A stretch of 64,000 nt of DNA from positions 22,854,638 to 22,918,637 of the forward strand of contig CM119266.1 in the NCBI GenBank assembly GCA_051294375.1, given 5' to 3'. Position 1 is the stretch's first letter, and each line of letters begins with the position of its first letter. The notes below the pieces were generated by a model, which was not told the origin of the DNA, made no database searches, and worked only from the letters and a program-made list of their open reading frames with translations. This document shows, piece by piece, positions 25,692 to 38,169 of the stretch. This DNA comes from Paraspadella gotoi (taxonomy: Eukaryota; Animalia; Chaetognatha). Position numbers and translations under genes: made by a program.

Positions 25692-28600
25692 TTGCTAAAC
25701 GAAATCCGACCGTAAATTGGTTTGTTTCGTCGTCAAGGGCGACATTTATTTTTGCGACGCCATCGTTCCGGGTGTCGTCTTCGTCTTCTTTGAAGACAAT
25801 TACATCCCAAACCTTTTTTTTTTTCTATTATTAGTCTCATCAGTTCCGCGGGAATCAAGGAATCAACTTAAACTTTTGTGTAATTGAGATCGATGCTAAA
25901 TTCCTTAACGACGGCGGTTGATAGGGCGCAACAGTTCAGTCGTTCAGGAGAACAGCTGCAATGAAAATAAACAACGTACATTGCAACTTACGAACTCAAA
26001 ATTTTTTTGTTAAATTCCAATTTCCTAATTCCTATATTGCCACTCCCTTCCGTGTAGACAATCCAATTTGTTTCCATTATGAAAGCATGACGAAACAAGT
26101 TTCTTACCATACTCCCCCCCCTGATATAGGATTTAATTCCTAAACTTTGTCGTAAATCTTTCAAGTTCTCGAGATGTAAAAAGTAGATAAAAACCGAAGC
26201 CGATCTTAGCTTCATAGTAGTTGTAGACATTTGATAAGACACACATATTAAATATTGTATAAAACGCGCAAATTACTTCCATAAAACTCATTAAAACCAG
26301 CAATTAATTAAGTAAAGAAATAACTGACTTCTTTTTCCTGTTTCTTCACTGATATTTTCTTCAGTCGCAACCTTGAAAGCGAAAACAGAGAGAAAGAAAC
26401 CCCAGTTCCGACCTTCGCATTTCTTCATCTCTCAGTCCGCGCGAACGTTGGATTTTTTCTATCCTCCCTGCTTTTTTTTTATATTTCTAGTTTATTCTCG
26501 TTTTTAAAAAAAATCAGTTTATCATAAACTTTATGGTCTTTTATCATAACTTGATAAAACTAAATAAATTACGTGTTAAACAGACAGTGCAATTAATTCA
26601 GCGCCGTATTTCTACCCAAACGAGTCTACAGTGCGTTCCCAATGAAACGAGGCGCAAAGGCGACGCCCATCGCCCAACAGCGCGAATTTTTGTGGGTCAA
26701 ATCCGATTCCACTTCGCCGAGTTTTGCGTCTTCGATTCCATTCACGGTTCGCTAATTCGGTGCCGCCACTTAGGATAATGATCTTCTCCCTTTTTCACNN
26801 NNNNNNNNNNNNNNNNNNNNNNNNNNNNNNNNNNNNNNNNNNNNNNNNNNNNNNNNNNNNNNNNNNNNNNNNNNNNNNNNNNNNNNNNNNNNNNNNNNNN
26901 NNNNNNNNNNNNNNNNNNNNNNNNNNNNNNNNNNNNNNNNNNNNNNNNNNNNNNNNNNNNNNNNNNNNNNNNNNNNNNNNNNNNNNNNNNNNNNNNNNNN
27001 NNNNNNNNNNNNNNNNNNNNNNNNNNNNNNNNNNNNNNNNNNNNNNNNNNNNNNNNNNNNNNNNNNNNNNNNNNNNNNNNNNNNNNNNNNNNNNNNNNNN
27101 NNNNNNNNNNNNNNNNNNNNNNNNNNNNNNNNNNNNNNNNNNNNNNNNNNNNNNNNNNNNNNNNNNNNNNNNNNNNNNNNNNNNNNNNNNNNNNNNNNNN
27201 NNNNNNNNNNNNNNNNNNNNNNNNNNNNNNNNNNNNNNNNNNNNNNNNNNNNNNNNNNNNNNNNNNNNNNNNNNNNNNNNNNNNNNNNNNNNNNNNNNNN
27301 NNNNNNNNNNNNNNNNNNNNNNNNNNNNNNNNNNNNNNNNNNNNNNNNNNNNNNNNNNNNNNNCCTCCTCCTCCTCCTCCTCCTCCTTCTCCTCCTTCTT
27401 TTCTTTCTCTGTCTCCTCCAATACCTCAAAGAATAGGGGGCGTCTTTGCGTCTCTCGCCTTTCTTCTCCTCGCATATTTGAAGGAGAGAAACAAGAAAGA
27501 AAAGAGGAGAGAAAGGAGAAGTAGGTAGGAAGAGAAAAGGGAGGAAAGGAAAAAGAAAAAGGTGGAGGAAAAGGGAGGAAAATAGTGGAAAAAGAAAAAG
27601 GGATTAAGGAAAAGAAGAGAAAAAGAAATGAAAATAAAAAATAGAGAGATATTAGGATAAAAAATAAAATATCTAAGAAAAAGGAAAGAAAAAACTTAGG
27701 ANNNNNNNNNNNNNNNNNNNNNNNNNNNNNNNNNNNNNNNNNNNNNNNNNNNNNNNNNNNNNNNNNNNNNNNNNNNNNNNNNNNNNNNNNNNNNNNNNNN
27801 NNNNNNNNNNNNNNNNNNNNNNNNNNNNNNNNNNNNNNNNNNNNNNNNNNNNNNNNNNGAGAGAGAGAGAGTATGCCTGAGTCGCGGCCAAAAAATCTGA
27901 GCAAATTTACGATGACGGTTGCACGTGGAAGAGATGATGAAAAGATAGGGTGGAAATGTGAAATTTTAAAGTGTAAAATTTTNNNNNNNNNNNNNNNNNN
28001 NNNNNNNNNNNNNNNNNNNNNNNNNNNNNNNNNNNNNNNNNNNNNNNNNNNNNNNNNNNNNNNNNNNNNNNNNNNNNNNNNNNNNNNNNNNNNNNNNNNN
28101 NNNNNNNNNNNNNNNNNNNNNNNNNNNNNNNNNNNNNNNNNNNNNNNNNNNNNNNNNNNNNNNNNNNNNNNNNNNNNNNNNNNNNNNNNNNNNNNNNNNN
28201 CCCCCATTCTCTTCTACTACCCCCTTACTCTTCTCAAAAACTCGTATCGCAATAAGACCTCTAACCCTCGTTGTTATGCATATCACAAGAATCTGAGTCC
28301 CTCTCCCCCCCTCGATCGTCACGTGACCGACCGACCGACTCCCTTTCGGTGAGAGGGGGNNNNNNNNNNNNNNNNNNNNNNNNNNNNNNNNNNNNNNNNN
28401 NNNNNNNNNNNNNNNNNNNNNNNNNNNNNNNNNNNNNNNNNNNNNNNNNNNNNNNNNNNNNNNNNNNNNNNNNNNNNNNNNNNNNNNNNNNNNNNNNNNN
28501 NNNNNNNNNNNNNNNNNNNNNNNNNNNNNNNNNNNNNNNNNNNNNNNNNNNNNNNNNNNNNNNNNNGAGAGAGAGAGAGAGAACGCCTAAGAAGTCTCTT

Positions 28601-29409
28601 TTCTGCGTGGGGGGCCGAGGGCGCGAAAGAACGATTCTAAAAATAGAAGAAAAAAGAGGCGGATGGGTGAGGAAGATTGAAAGGAAAGAGTTGAAAGCCT
28701 GGATAAGTTACATAGAGAATAGAGAAGTATCAAGTTGCTCTTTAGTCTATATAAATTACTAGTATATATTTCTTAACGTCAGAGGCGGGCAAGAAGGGTT
28801 GAGTTGTGAGCCCTTTTCCTTACTCCCCTTACGGCCCGACCCTCTCCCCCTTCTCGCGCTGAGAGACGCGAGCGGGATCGCGCGCGAGGCTGCCAAATCT
28901 AATTAGGCAGAGCGACGTCGGCAGAGTTTCTGGGGGACCAAAAGTCGTCATCAATATGCGCCCGCTTCGTCGACGTCGTCGTCGGCGGCGTCGTCGTCGG
29001 CGTCAGTGTCGTCGTCGGCGTCGTCGTCGTTATCGTCTTCGTCTTCGGCCNNNNNNNNNNNNNNNNNNNNNNNNNNNNNNNNNNNNNNNNNNNNNNNNNN
29101 NNNNNNNNNNNNNNNNNNNNNNNNNNNNNNNNNNNNNNNNNNNNNNNNNNNNNNNNNNNNNNNNNNNNNNNNNNNNNNNNNNNNNNNNNNNNNNNNNNNN
29201 NNNNNNNNNNNNNNNNNNNNNNNNNNNNNNNNNNNNNNNNNNNNNNNNNNNNNNNNNNNNNNNNNNNNNNNNNNNNNNNNNNNGGGAATGAGTGGAGAGA
29301 TGGGAGCAGAATTGAAAGATAGAAAAGGGTTTGGTCGATGGGGAGAAAAAAAAGTTTGAGAGAAAAGAAATCTTGCAATCGTCGACAAAAAGTTAATCTT
29401 GCGGGGCGA

Positions 29410-29493
29410 GCGGCGCCGTGAAGATGGCGCCGTGAAGGCGGCACCGTTGAGATCGCGGCATGAAGGCGGCGCGGTAAAGTTGGCACTGCGAAG
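29410..29493. repeat. Degenerate 14-bp GC-rich tandem repeat (6 copies)
   Basis: GCGGCGCCGTGAAG ATGGCGCCGTGAAG GCGGCACCGTTGAG ATCGCGGCATGAAG GCGGCGCGGTAAAG TTGGCACTGCGAAG. Confidence 0.7.
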
Positions 29494-29682
29494 TGTAAAA
29501 ATAGATGATGATCTTGTTAAAGCGCCAAAGTTGAAGATAACTTTATTAAACGAACGTCGTTTTTATGGCGCATTATTATATATTAGGAACTAAGACTGAT
29601 AAATAATATATCGCCGACTCGGTGTTTGTTTGATAAAGTTTACGTAGTTGGTTTCGCGTAAGAGAAATGAATAAAGGAGAGA

Positions 29683-29763
29683 AGAAGAGAAGAGAAGAGA
29701 AGAGAAGAGAAGAGAAGAGAAGAGAAGAGAAGAGAAGAGAAGAGAAGAGAAGAGAAGAGAAGA
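29683..29763. repeat. (AGAAG)n pentanucleotide microsatellite
   Basis: Direct reading. Confidence 0.95.
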
Positions 29764-30203
29764 AAATAGAATTATAACTTTAAAGTTAGCGAGTTCAGTC
29801 AATCCCCCTCCCTCCGAATTNNNNNNNNNNNNNNNNNNNNNNNNNNNNNNNNNNNNNNNNNNNNNNNNNNNNNNNNNNNNNNNNNNNNNNNNNNNNNNNN
29901 NNNNNNNNNNNNNNNNNNNNNNNNNNNNNNNNNNNNNNNNNNNNNNNNNNNNNNNNNNNNNNNNNNNNNNNNNNNNNNNNNNNNNNNNNNNNNNNNNNNN
30001 NNNNNNNNNNNNNNNNNNNNNNNNNNNNNNNNNNNNNNTCGAGGTTAGGGGTGGTGACTCATTTCGTTAGATTGTTAGATATCTCCCATGGTTTGAAAGT
30101 ACAATTTTTCGACTTATTTATAGAGAAATCAAAACATGGTAAATAAAATAGCAGTTTTAGAAATCAGTCGGCTCGAGACTTGATTCTAAATCTTTGAGGG
30201 AAC

Positions 30204-30253
<50 letters not shown>

Positions 30254-30591
30254 GAGAGACTTTTTTCCCCTGCGCGCTCGGGCGCCAATTCTTCGCCTCA
30301 GGATCAGGAACCAAAATCCAATTTACATATAGAATGGAAAATGGGATCCGAAGGGGAAGGGGAAGAAGTTAAAGGTTGAAGGGTGAGTGAATTAAGTGGG
30401 AAAGATAAAAAGGGAAGCAAATTAGAGAAAGAATGAGAGTGTGAGAGACAGAGAAAGNNNNNNNNNNNNNNNNNNNNNNNNNNNNNNNNNNNNNNNNNNN
30501 NNNNNNNNNNNNNNNNNNNNNNNNNNNNNNNNNNNNNNNNNNNNNNNNNNNNNNNNNNNNNNNNNNNNNNNNNNNNNNNNNNNNNNNNNNN

Positions 30592-30626
<35 letters not shown>

Positions 30627-31557
30627 TAAAGTTGTATTAATTTTAATATTTGAAGACAGATTGGATAATCTAAAAATTCTAACACTAAATTAGCTCTTTA
30701 GTAAAAATGGGGAATCTAAAAATAAGAGTCAGGTTTTGTGAATGGTAAGAGAATAAAAGGAACGGATAGATTTTGACGAAAGGTTTAACAAAAAAAGAAA
30801 AAAGTAAGGAGTGACTGGCAGAGGATGGGGGAAGGTTTAGTCGGCGGAAAAAACCAGGGAAATTCATTGGCGCCTGATTAGAGATTCAATCAGAGGAAAA
30901 CGGGGGGNNNNNNNNNNNNNNNNNNNNNNNNNNNNNNNNNNNNNNNNNNNNNNNNNNNNNNNNNNNNNNNNNNNNNNNNNNNNNNNNNNNNNNNNNNNNN
31001 NNNNNNNNNNNNNNNNNNNNNNNNNNNNNNNNNNNNNNNNNNNNNNNNNNNNNNNNNNNNNNNNNNNNNNNNNNNNNNNNNNNNNNNNNNNNNNNNNNNN
31101 GAGAAAAGAAAAGAAAAAAAAGAGAAGAAAAGACAAAATTAGACTGAAAGATATCCTGACAAAAAGAAAATTGACTGCAGTGCTTGTACTGGAAAATTTG
31201 GAGAGAAATACCCAGCGGTAAATGTTACATTGTTAGGGAGCATACAACTAAAAAAGATCAATACTAAAAATGTTTAACCGTTGAATTTAAATTGGGAAGA
31301 TGTAATACCATCGAGACTTTTTAAATTCGCTAAAACCTACGGAGTACATACTATACAAACCGAGCATTATATGCAGCTGATAAAACGGTAAAGATCTCCT
31401 AACATATGACTCTGTCTCTCGTCTTTGTCGTTTTATCCTTCGCCCCAAATTTCTCTTTCCCGTTCGGCTTCTTCTTCNNNNNNNNNNTCCTCCTCCTCCT
31501 CCTCCTCCTTCCGCTTCCCGCAGCCCATTGAATTTATGTCTTTCTCAGCTGATTTTC

Positions 31558-31599
31558 CCATTACTGCCATTACTGCCATTACTGCCATTACCATTATGG
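31558..31599. repeat. 9-bp tandem repeat (CCATTACTG) producing five CCATTA/TAATGG motifs
   Basis: CCATTACTG x3 followed by CCATTACCATTATGG, read directly. Confidence 0.85.
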
Positions 31600-31769
31600 T
31601 CAAAATTTATTTCTTTTCCAGCTGATCTCGTTTTCGCCCCCAGATGTTTGTTGTCGTTTCGGCTCCTCGAGAAAAGACCACGTGTGTCGTCGTTGCTCAC
31701 GGAGAGAAGGAGAGAAAAAGAAAAGAGGTTTTTAGCGGCATCTCTACCGCAAATTTGAGGTTTCAATTG

Positions 31770-31798
31770 ATAGATTGATTGATTGATTGATTGATTTT

Positions 31799-31873
<75 letters not shown>

Positions 31874-31875
31874 TT
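31770..31875. repeat. Compound (GATT)n-(TTTA)n microsatellite
   Basis: Direct reading. Confidence 0.9.
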
Positions 31876-34739
31876 CGTTTATAAATTGATTTATTGATTT
31901 ATTCTTTTATTTAGTTTTGAATTTAATTGATTTGATTATTTTAATAAATTTTAATTAATTTGATTATTAAATAATTTTTTATGAATTTGATTAAGGTGAT
32001 TGATATGACTATTATTATTACTCAAATGATTGTTAAGTGGATTTTTATTATTTCGTTATTTCTGTGTTTTTTTGTTTTTCACAACCACGTGAACAAAAAA
32101 GCTCGTCAGTTCCGATAATCTCCGCCAGGGATCGTTGACGCGATAAAAAAGGAAAAGAAATTGGGTTACGTCTCTCGAAATGTTCTTTTCAGTTCGAAGT
32201 TGACGTCAGAGGTCCTCGAGTTTTCATCCTCCTCCACTCGGCGATCACGTGATAAAGAAACAGTCACGTGAATTTTTTCGGGATCAACGGAAAGAAGAAC
32301 AAAAAAATTTTTTTTGGACAATTGCTCTCGATTTTGCAGAATTCAATCATCAATCAATTGATGCAACAATTAGTCAAATTGTCAAATAAAAATCGTTGTT
32401 GCCTAACTAGAAACTGTTTTTTCTTAAATTCAAAACGCAACGAAAAGAGAATTAAAACACAATGTTTACACGGATTTCAAATGTTAGTGAAATGAAAATA
32501 TGAAATACTATGGCTATGTTTTCATATTAACTAAATGAAACTACGATGTCAGTAAATTTTTAATTTAAAATGAATTCTGCGGTGGGGGCTATAGATTTTG
32601 AGTAAAATAGTAAATTTCTCAATACAAAGTCTATCAAATATCGACTGAACATGTGANNNNNNNNNNNNNNNNNNNNNNNNNNNNNNNNNNNNNNNNNNNN
32701 NNNNNNNNNNNNNNNNNNNNNNNNNNNNNNNNNNNNNNNNNNNNNNNNNNNNNNNNNNNNNNNNNNNNNNNNNNNNNNNNNNNNNNNNNNNNNNNNNNNN
32801 NNNNNNNNNNNNNNNNNNNNNNNNNNNNNNNNNNNNNNNNNNNNNNNNNNNNNNNNNNNNNNNNNNNNNNNNNNNNNNNNNNNNNNNNNNNNNNNNNNNN
32901 NNNNNNNNNNNNNNNNNNNNNNNNNNNNNNNNNNNNNNNNNNNNNNNNNNNNNNNNNNNNNNNNNNNNNNNNNNNNNNNNNNNNNNNNNNNNNNNNNNNN
33001 NNNNNNNNNNNNNNNNNNNNNNNNNNNNNNNNNNNNNNNNNNNNNNNNNNNNNNNNNNNNNNNNNNNNNNNNNNNNNNNNNNNNNNNNNNNNNNNNNNNN
33101 NNNNNNNNNNNNNNNNNNNNNNNNNNNNNNNNNNNNNNNNNGAGCGTGTTATTGGAATTACTCTCCACAGAAGAGCTAAGTTATGAATCTCATTGCATTT
33201 CTACGCTTTTGCGAAAAATTAGTTAGGATCGATCGAAATATCAGTTAAAATCTAACTAGACCAGCGGCTTTACGACATTATAAAATGCACAATTTTCATT
33301 TCAAGAAAAAATTCTGAACAAAAAAACAAATTTGTTTTAAAATGCAGTTAATTACTTATGGCTTCCTACTAACAGTTCATTCGATAATCTTTTCTGAAAC
33401 GAGCTCCCTCGTTAGTCTTTTGTTGCTTTTCTGGTTCCGACTCAAAACTTTTGTCCACGAATTCAAAAGTCAACTGAAACCGAAGTACACAACAATCGAG
33501 ATCGAGTCTTCTTGGAATGTTTTAACTATATTTTATTATTCCATAAATAAAACAAATTACACAATGTTGAAACAGATCAAAGATGGCAGACAATGCATAA
33601 AATGGGACAGCGACATAAAAGAAAAAGAAATCACAGAAACAAATATGTAAACGTAAGAAATGGCGATTTCGGAATTGCGGTAAAAAACGCTTCCTTACAC
33701 AAGAGAGAGAGCTACTACTATGCGCGTACGTATCTAAATTTTTCCCCAGATTGTCTCAAAAAGTTGGTTTGTTTGGTGAATAGAATTCAAATTGTTAAGC
33801 GAGACTAGGAGAAAACTTTCAAAATATATCGTTTTTTTTTTAATCGCGTTAAAAGTTTTCTTATCACCCCGAAAAAAAAAACCTACGAATAATTATTTGT
33901 TTTACTTGTTCAAAACTATTGTGACTAGATAGTTCTTTTTGCACTTAAATTTAATTACTGTAACAATTTATGAGTGGAAATCGCTCTTTTTTTTTAAATC
34001 AAAATATTGGATCATGATGTTTTTTTTTCTTTTAGGAATATCGTAAACAAATGTTTTAAAAATATTTAATGCGTCTATTATTAAAATTACTCTTCGACTA
34101 CGAGATCCGCTTTCTACAATCAATTCCTATTTGTGTTCGGCAATGACAAATTCCATCATGAACCGTCTCTTTTAAAACCGTCAAGGGAATTGAAAACGGA
34201 ATTAGGAAAAAAAAATCGCATTGAAATAAGAACAGTAATGGAAACAAAAAAAAAGAGAGAAACAGTTCACAAGATGACTCAAAAATGAACAAAAAAAAAA
34301 GCGTTTAACTTTCACGGGGTTATTAACGATAATAATAGTGATGATGAGTTATATTATATGTCGTGACATGGTCAATTTCAATTTTTTTTTATCAATAAGT
34401 TGGTTGTACATAGAAGTTGGATAGTCAGGTGATTTGCATAGGATTATTTATCTCGCGACGAAAGGGAGATAAATTTCTAGGAAGGGAAGAAATAAAGTGC
34501 CAACGAATTTTAAAATTTATTCATTTTATAAAAAAAAAAGATTTTCTCTAATAATAATCGGTCATGATGAGAATGGAGAAAGAATTAGGAGAAAAAGAAA
34601 ACTGTGCGCGCCTTTTTCTGGTGCAAGAGAGAGATGTAAGCCCAGAGAGACGAACGAGAGAGAGAAGAGAGAGAGAGAGAGAGAGTAGAGAGAGAGAAGA
34701 GGAGAGAGAGAGAGAAAGAGAAGAGAGAGAGAAGAGAGA

Positions 34740-34778
<39 letters not shown>

Positions 34779-36001
34779 AGGAGAGGAGAGACGAAGAGAG
34801 AGAGAGAAGCAGAGTGAGAGCACGAGAGAGGAGAAGTTCTTTTTTTTTCGTATTTATCTGTTTCAAAAAAAGATAAAGAAAGAAACCTATAAAAAAGTAT
34901 GTACAGTGTACCGGCGTACACGATGAAAACGTAAAGGGAGACAGATGGACGCATCATGACGCTTTTGAGGGAAAGTAAATCACCGATTGGCCTCTAATTT
35001 ATTAAAAGAGAAAAAACAATGAAAGATATCATCTCGGAGTCGACTATTGTATTTACGAGGAATGAGAAGGGGTTGGGAAGGAGGGGGATCTGGGGAATTT
35101 GGCAATTTTCTTTGTTTTTCGTATCATTTCCGTTTTTTTGTTTGTTTTATTTTTTTAATTCGTAAATTCACATTCTTGACAATAAGATAAGTCGCGCGTC
35201 CAGGCGACGCGTTTTAAAACCGGAATATTCGACGGGTGGTCTTTATCGATTAAGTTGGATTAAATTCTCGAGGTTCGTTTTGTTTTAAATAATTAATCAT
35301 AAAGACATTTCGAAAAAAGAAAACGTCGCTTAAAAGATAGAAAATAAACGAAGGGACATCGGGGATCGAAACCGTTTACGAAACTCCAGAGTCGCCGAGA
35401 AAAGTCAGTCTGTGTCGGCGACTTTTTAACATCGACATTTTAAAATTTGTGAAGAGAGTGAAACAGAGAGCGAGAGAGAGAGTGAGAGCGAGATTGGGAC
35501 GAAATGAGAGGAGAGAAGGAAACTTTAGGTAAATGAAAATCTACTTATTGCAGTCATGACATTTTTTTCGAAGATATTCGATAACGTAAAATATTTGTAA
35601 ACATTTTAAAAAAATTCGTTTCCTCCTTCTATCCCGTCTTTCTATCCCTCGATAGGCCCCGTCGTTTTTTCGCTTCTGTCCCTTCCGCTTTTTTAAGCCG
35701 AAGAAAAAAAGACCATAGACTCCCCATTTTGTCGTCGTAAATTCACGCGATTAGTTTTTTATATCTTTTTTTTCTGGTTGTTCTTTTATTTTTTTTTAGA
35801 GAGACACGCCTCCCTCGCGACAGATGGCAGGATGGAAAAGCGAGAGAGGCGCGAAGAAGATGCGGAAGGAACGGAAGGGCAAAGCGACAACGCCTATCTG
35901 ATTTTTTGGGGGGCTAAAAAAGGCCCCGAAAAAAAAGGAGGAAAAAGGCGGTCGAGTTTTAAACGTTTTCTACAACAAATTTAACTCATCGTTTGCAGCA
36001 T

Positions 36002-36043
<42 letters not shown>

Positions 36044-36485
36044 ATCTCTCTGTCCTTCTACTCTCTCTCTCTCGTCTCTCTCATCTACTCTCTCTTCTCT
36101 TCTCTGCTCTCTCTGCTCCTTCTCCTCATCTCACCTAACTTTTGCATTTTCCCACTCTTTTCCTTCTCCTCCCCTTTTTTTCGGTTGTGAAGAAAAAGGA
36201 AAGAGAGAATCATCGGGTCTATCAAGGACGAAACTGAATTTAAAATCTTCTTCTTTTTCTTCTGACTTTTTAGCCTTTTTTTTCTCTCTCTCTCTTTCTC
36301 CAGCGTTCCCGCCCGCTGACGCGCCGGCTGCGGTGGACTCTGCCGGCGCTGCCGCCTCAAAGACTGTCGCGGCGGCAGAAGCAACTTTTTAAGCTGCCGC
36401 AGCTGCAATCCATCACGGAAAGAGACAGACGTCGTGGGAGCGTAATGTGACTTTGCTCGGGAATGCAAATCTCTCTCTCTCTCTA

Positions 36486-36551
<66 letters not shown>

Positions 36552-37378
36552 TCCTCTCTCTCTCTCTCTCTCCTTTTTCTTTCTTTCCTTTTTTCTTCCG
36601 AAGTAAAGATGAAGAGGAGAAAAAGAAGGGCAAAATACAAAATATAATACTAAAGAATAAGACGGCTCCGTCTTTTCCTCTTAACCTTTTCCTTCCCCTA
36701 CCCTTCCTCTCCTCTATCCTTTCCTCCTTTTTCCTTTTCTATTCCTCCTCTTCTCCTTGCTCCCCCGGGTTACAACTTTCCCCCTCTTTACTCAGAGTCG
36801 ATGTGAAAAACCGAGAGGACCGCGTGAATAGTGGCACCCAGCGAGCAGAGCAGAGAGAGAGGAGAGAGAGAGACGAGAGCAGAGAGAGAGAGAGAGGATG
36901 AGAGAGAGAAAGGAGGTGAAACATACAGATAGATAGCGGCAAGGGTGTGAACAAAAGGGGGCGTAAAATGAAGAGATGTGAAGAATAAGTGGATGGAGAG
37001 AAAAAAGTGACGCTGGAAACGACGAAAAAAAAATTTAAACAGAGAATGAGAAAAGAAGAGAGACAGAAGGAAAAAAAAGATTGAAAGAGAGAGAGAAAGA
37101 AAAAAAGAAAGAGAGAAAATTCAATGAATGAGATTCAATAGATCAAAAAAGGATTTTCTCAATTCTTTTTTCTTTTTCTCCCTGGCAAAGAGAGTAAAGA
37201 TTTAAAGAAAAAAAAATAGATTCCCTTTTGTTTCTTTTTTTTTTTCCTTCTTTCGAATCAATCGAAATCAGAAGCGATGAGAAGAAAAAGAAAATTAGAA
37301 AATCAACAAAAGGGAAGTTGAAAGATGAAATTTTCCCTGTCGCCGTGGAAAAAGAAGGTGGTGATTTAGAAGGAGCAT

Positions 37379-37384
37379 TTTATT
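37379..37384 (-). other. Possible polyadenylation signal (AATAAA) of Hox4/Dfd
   Basis: TTTATT on + strand about 300 nt past the stop codon. Motif only; more distal alternatives exist. Confidence 0.25.
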
Positions 37385-37684
37385 TTCACCCGCTTAACTC
37401 TCTTTTACAATCCTTCACAACCTTTCACTACTTTTAACTTTTCTCCAGTCACCGTCAAGTTAGTTTCTCACAATCTACTGCCCTATCTCTAAAATAGTCT
37501 TTCTTCATTTTCTTTCGCTTTAACTCTGCCATTCTCCGACACTCTCATTGTCACTCTCTCTCATTCCCACTCTCTCTCTCGCTCTCCCACCCTGTCTGTC
37601 TCATTTCCACTCTCCCTCTCTCTCTCTCTCTCTCTCCAGTCTCTCCCTCTCTCTTCCCCTCTCTCTATCCCCCTCTCTCCTCCC

Positions 37685-38169
37685 TCACTGAAGATCCTCC
37701 AGCGAATCGATGTCGTTGTCCATCGAGAAAGATCCCGGCGCCGAGATGTCCGGCGGGATATTTTGCACACTGTTTCCGGCCGAGTTCATGTTCTGGAGAT
37801 GAGTTTGTTGCGGCTGCTGTTGCTGCTGCTGCTGTTGTTGCTGCTGTTCCGAGTTGTTGTTCTCGTTGGCGGCCTGCGCCTTGGCGGCTGCGGCGGCGGC
37901 CTGTTCCGCCTGTTGTGCCACGACGGCCGCGCGCGATTTCACGGTCTTCGTGTTGGGGAGCTTATGGTCTTTCTTCCATTTCATCCTGCGATTCTGGAAC
38001 CAGATCTTGATCTGTCTCTCGGTGAGGCAGAGCGCGTGGGCAATCTCGATCCGCCGCCGCCGCGTCAGGTACCGGTTGAAGTGGAACTCCTTCTCCAGCT
38101 CCAGCACCTGGTGTCGCGTGTAGGCCGTCCGGGCGCGCTTGGGCTCGCCCGCGAAGTTGGTGCCATTGG
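37685..38169 (-). CDS. Dfd: Hox4/Deformed-class homeobox gene, exon 2 (homeodomain and C-terminus)
   Basis: Translation [67 protein letters not shown] is an Antp-class homeodomain followed by the PG4-diagnostic LPNTK parapeptide. The acceptor is a pyrimidine tract plus ...gcgcAG (38171-38170). Stop TGA at 37687-37685. The C-terminus has Ala and Gln runs. Confidence 0.97.

Noticed and set aside
35388-35425. 10-11 bp inverted repeat GAGTCGCCGA/TCGGCGACTT
   Set aside because: Too short to assign a function; likely chance in CG-rich sequence.
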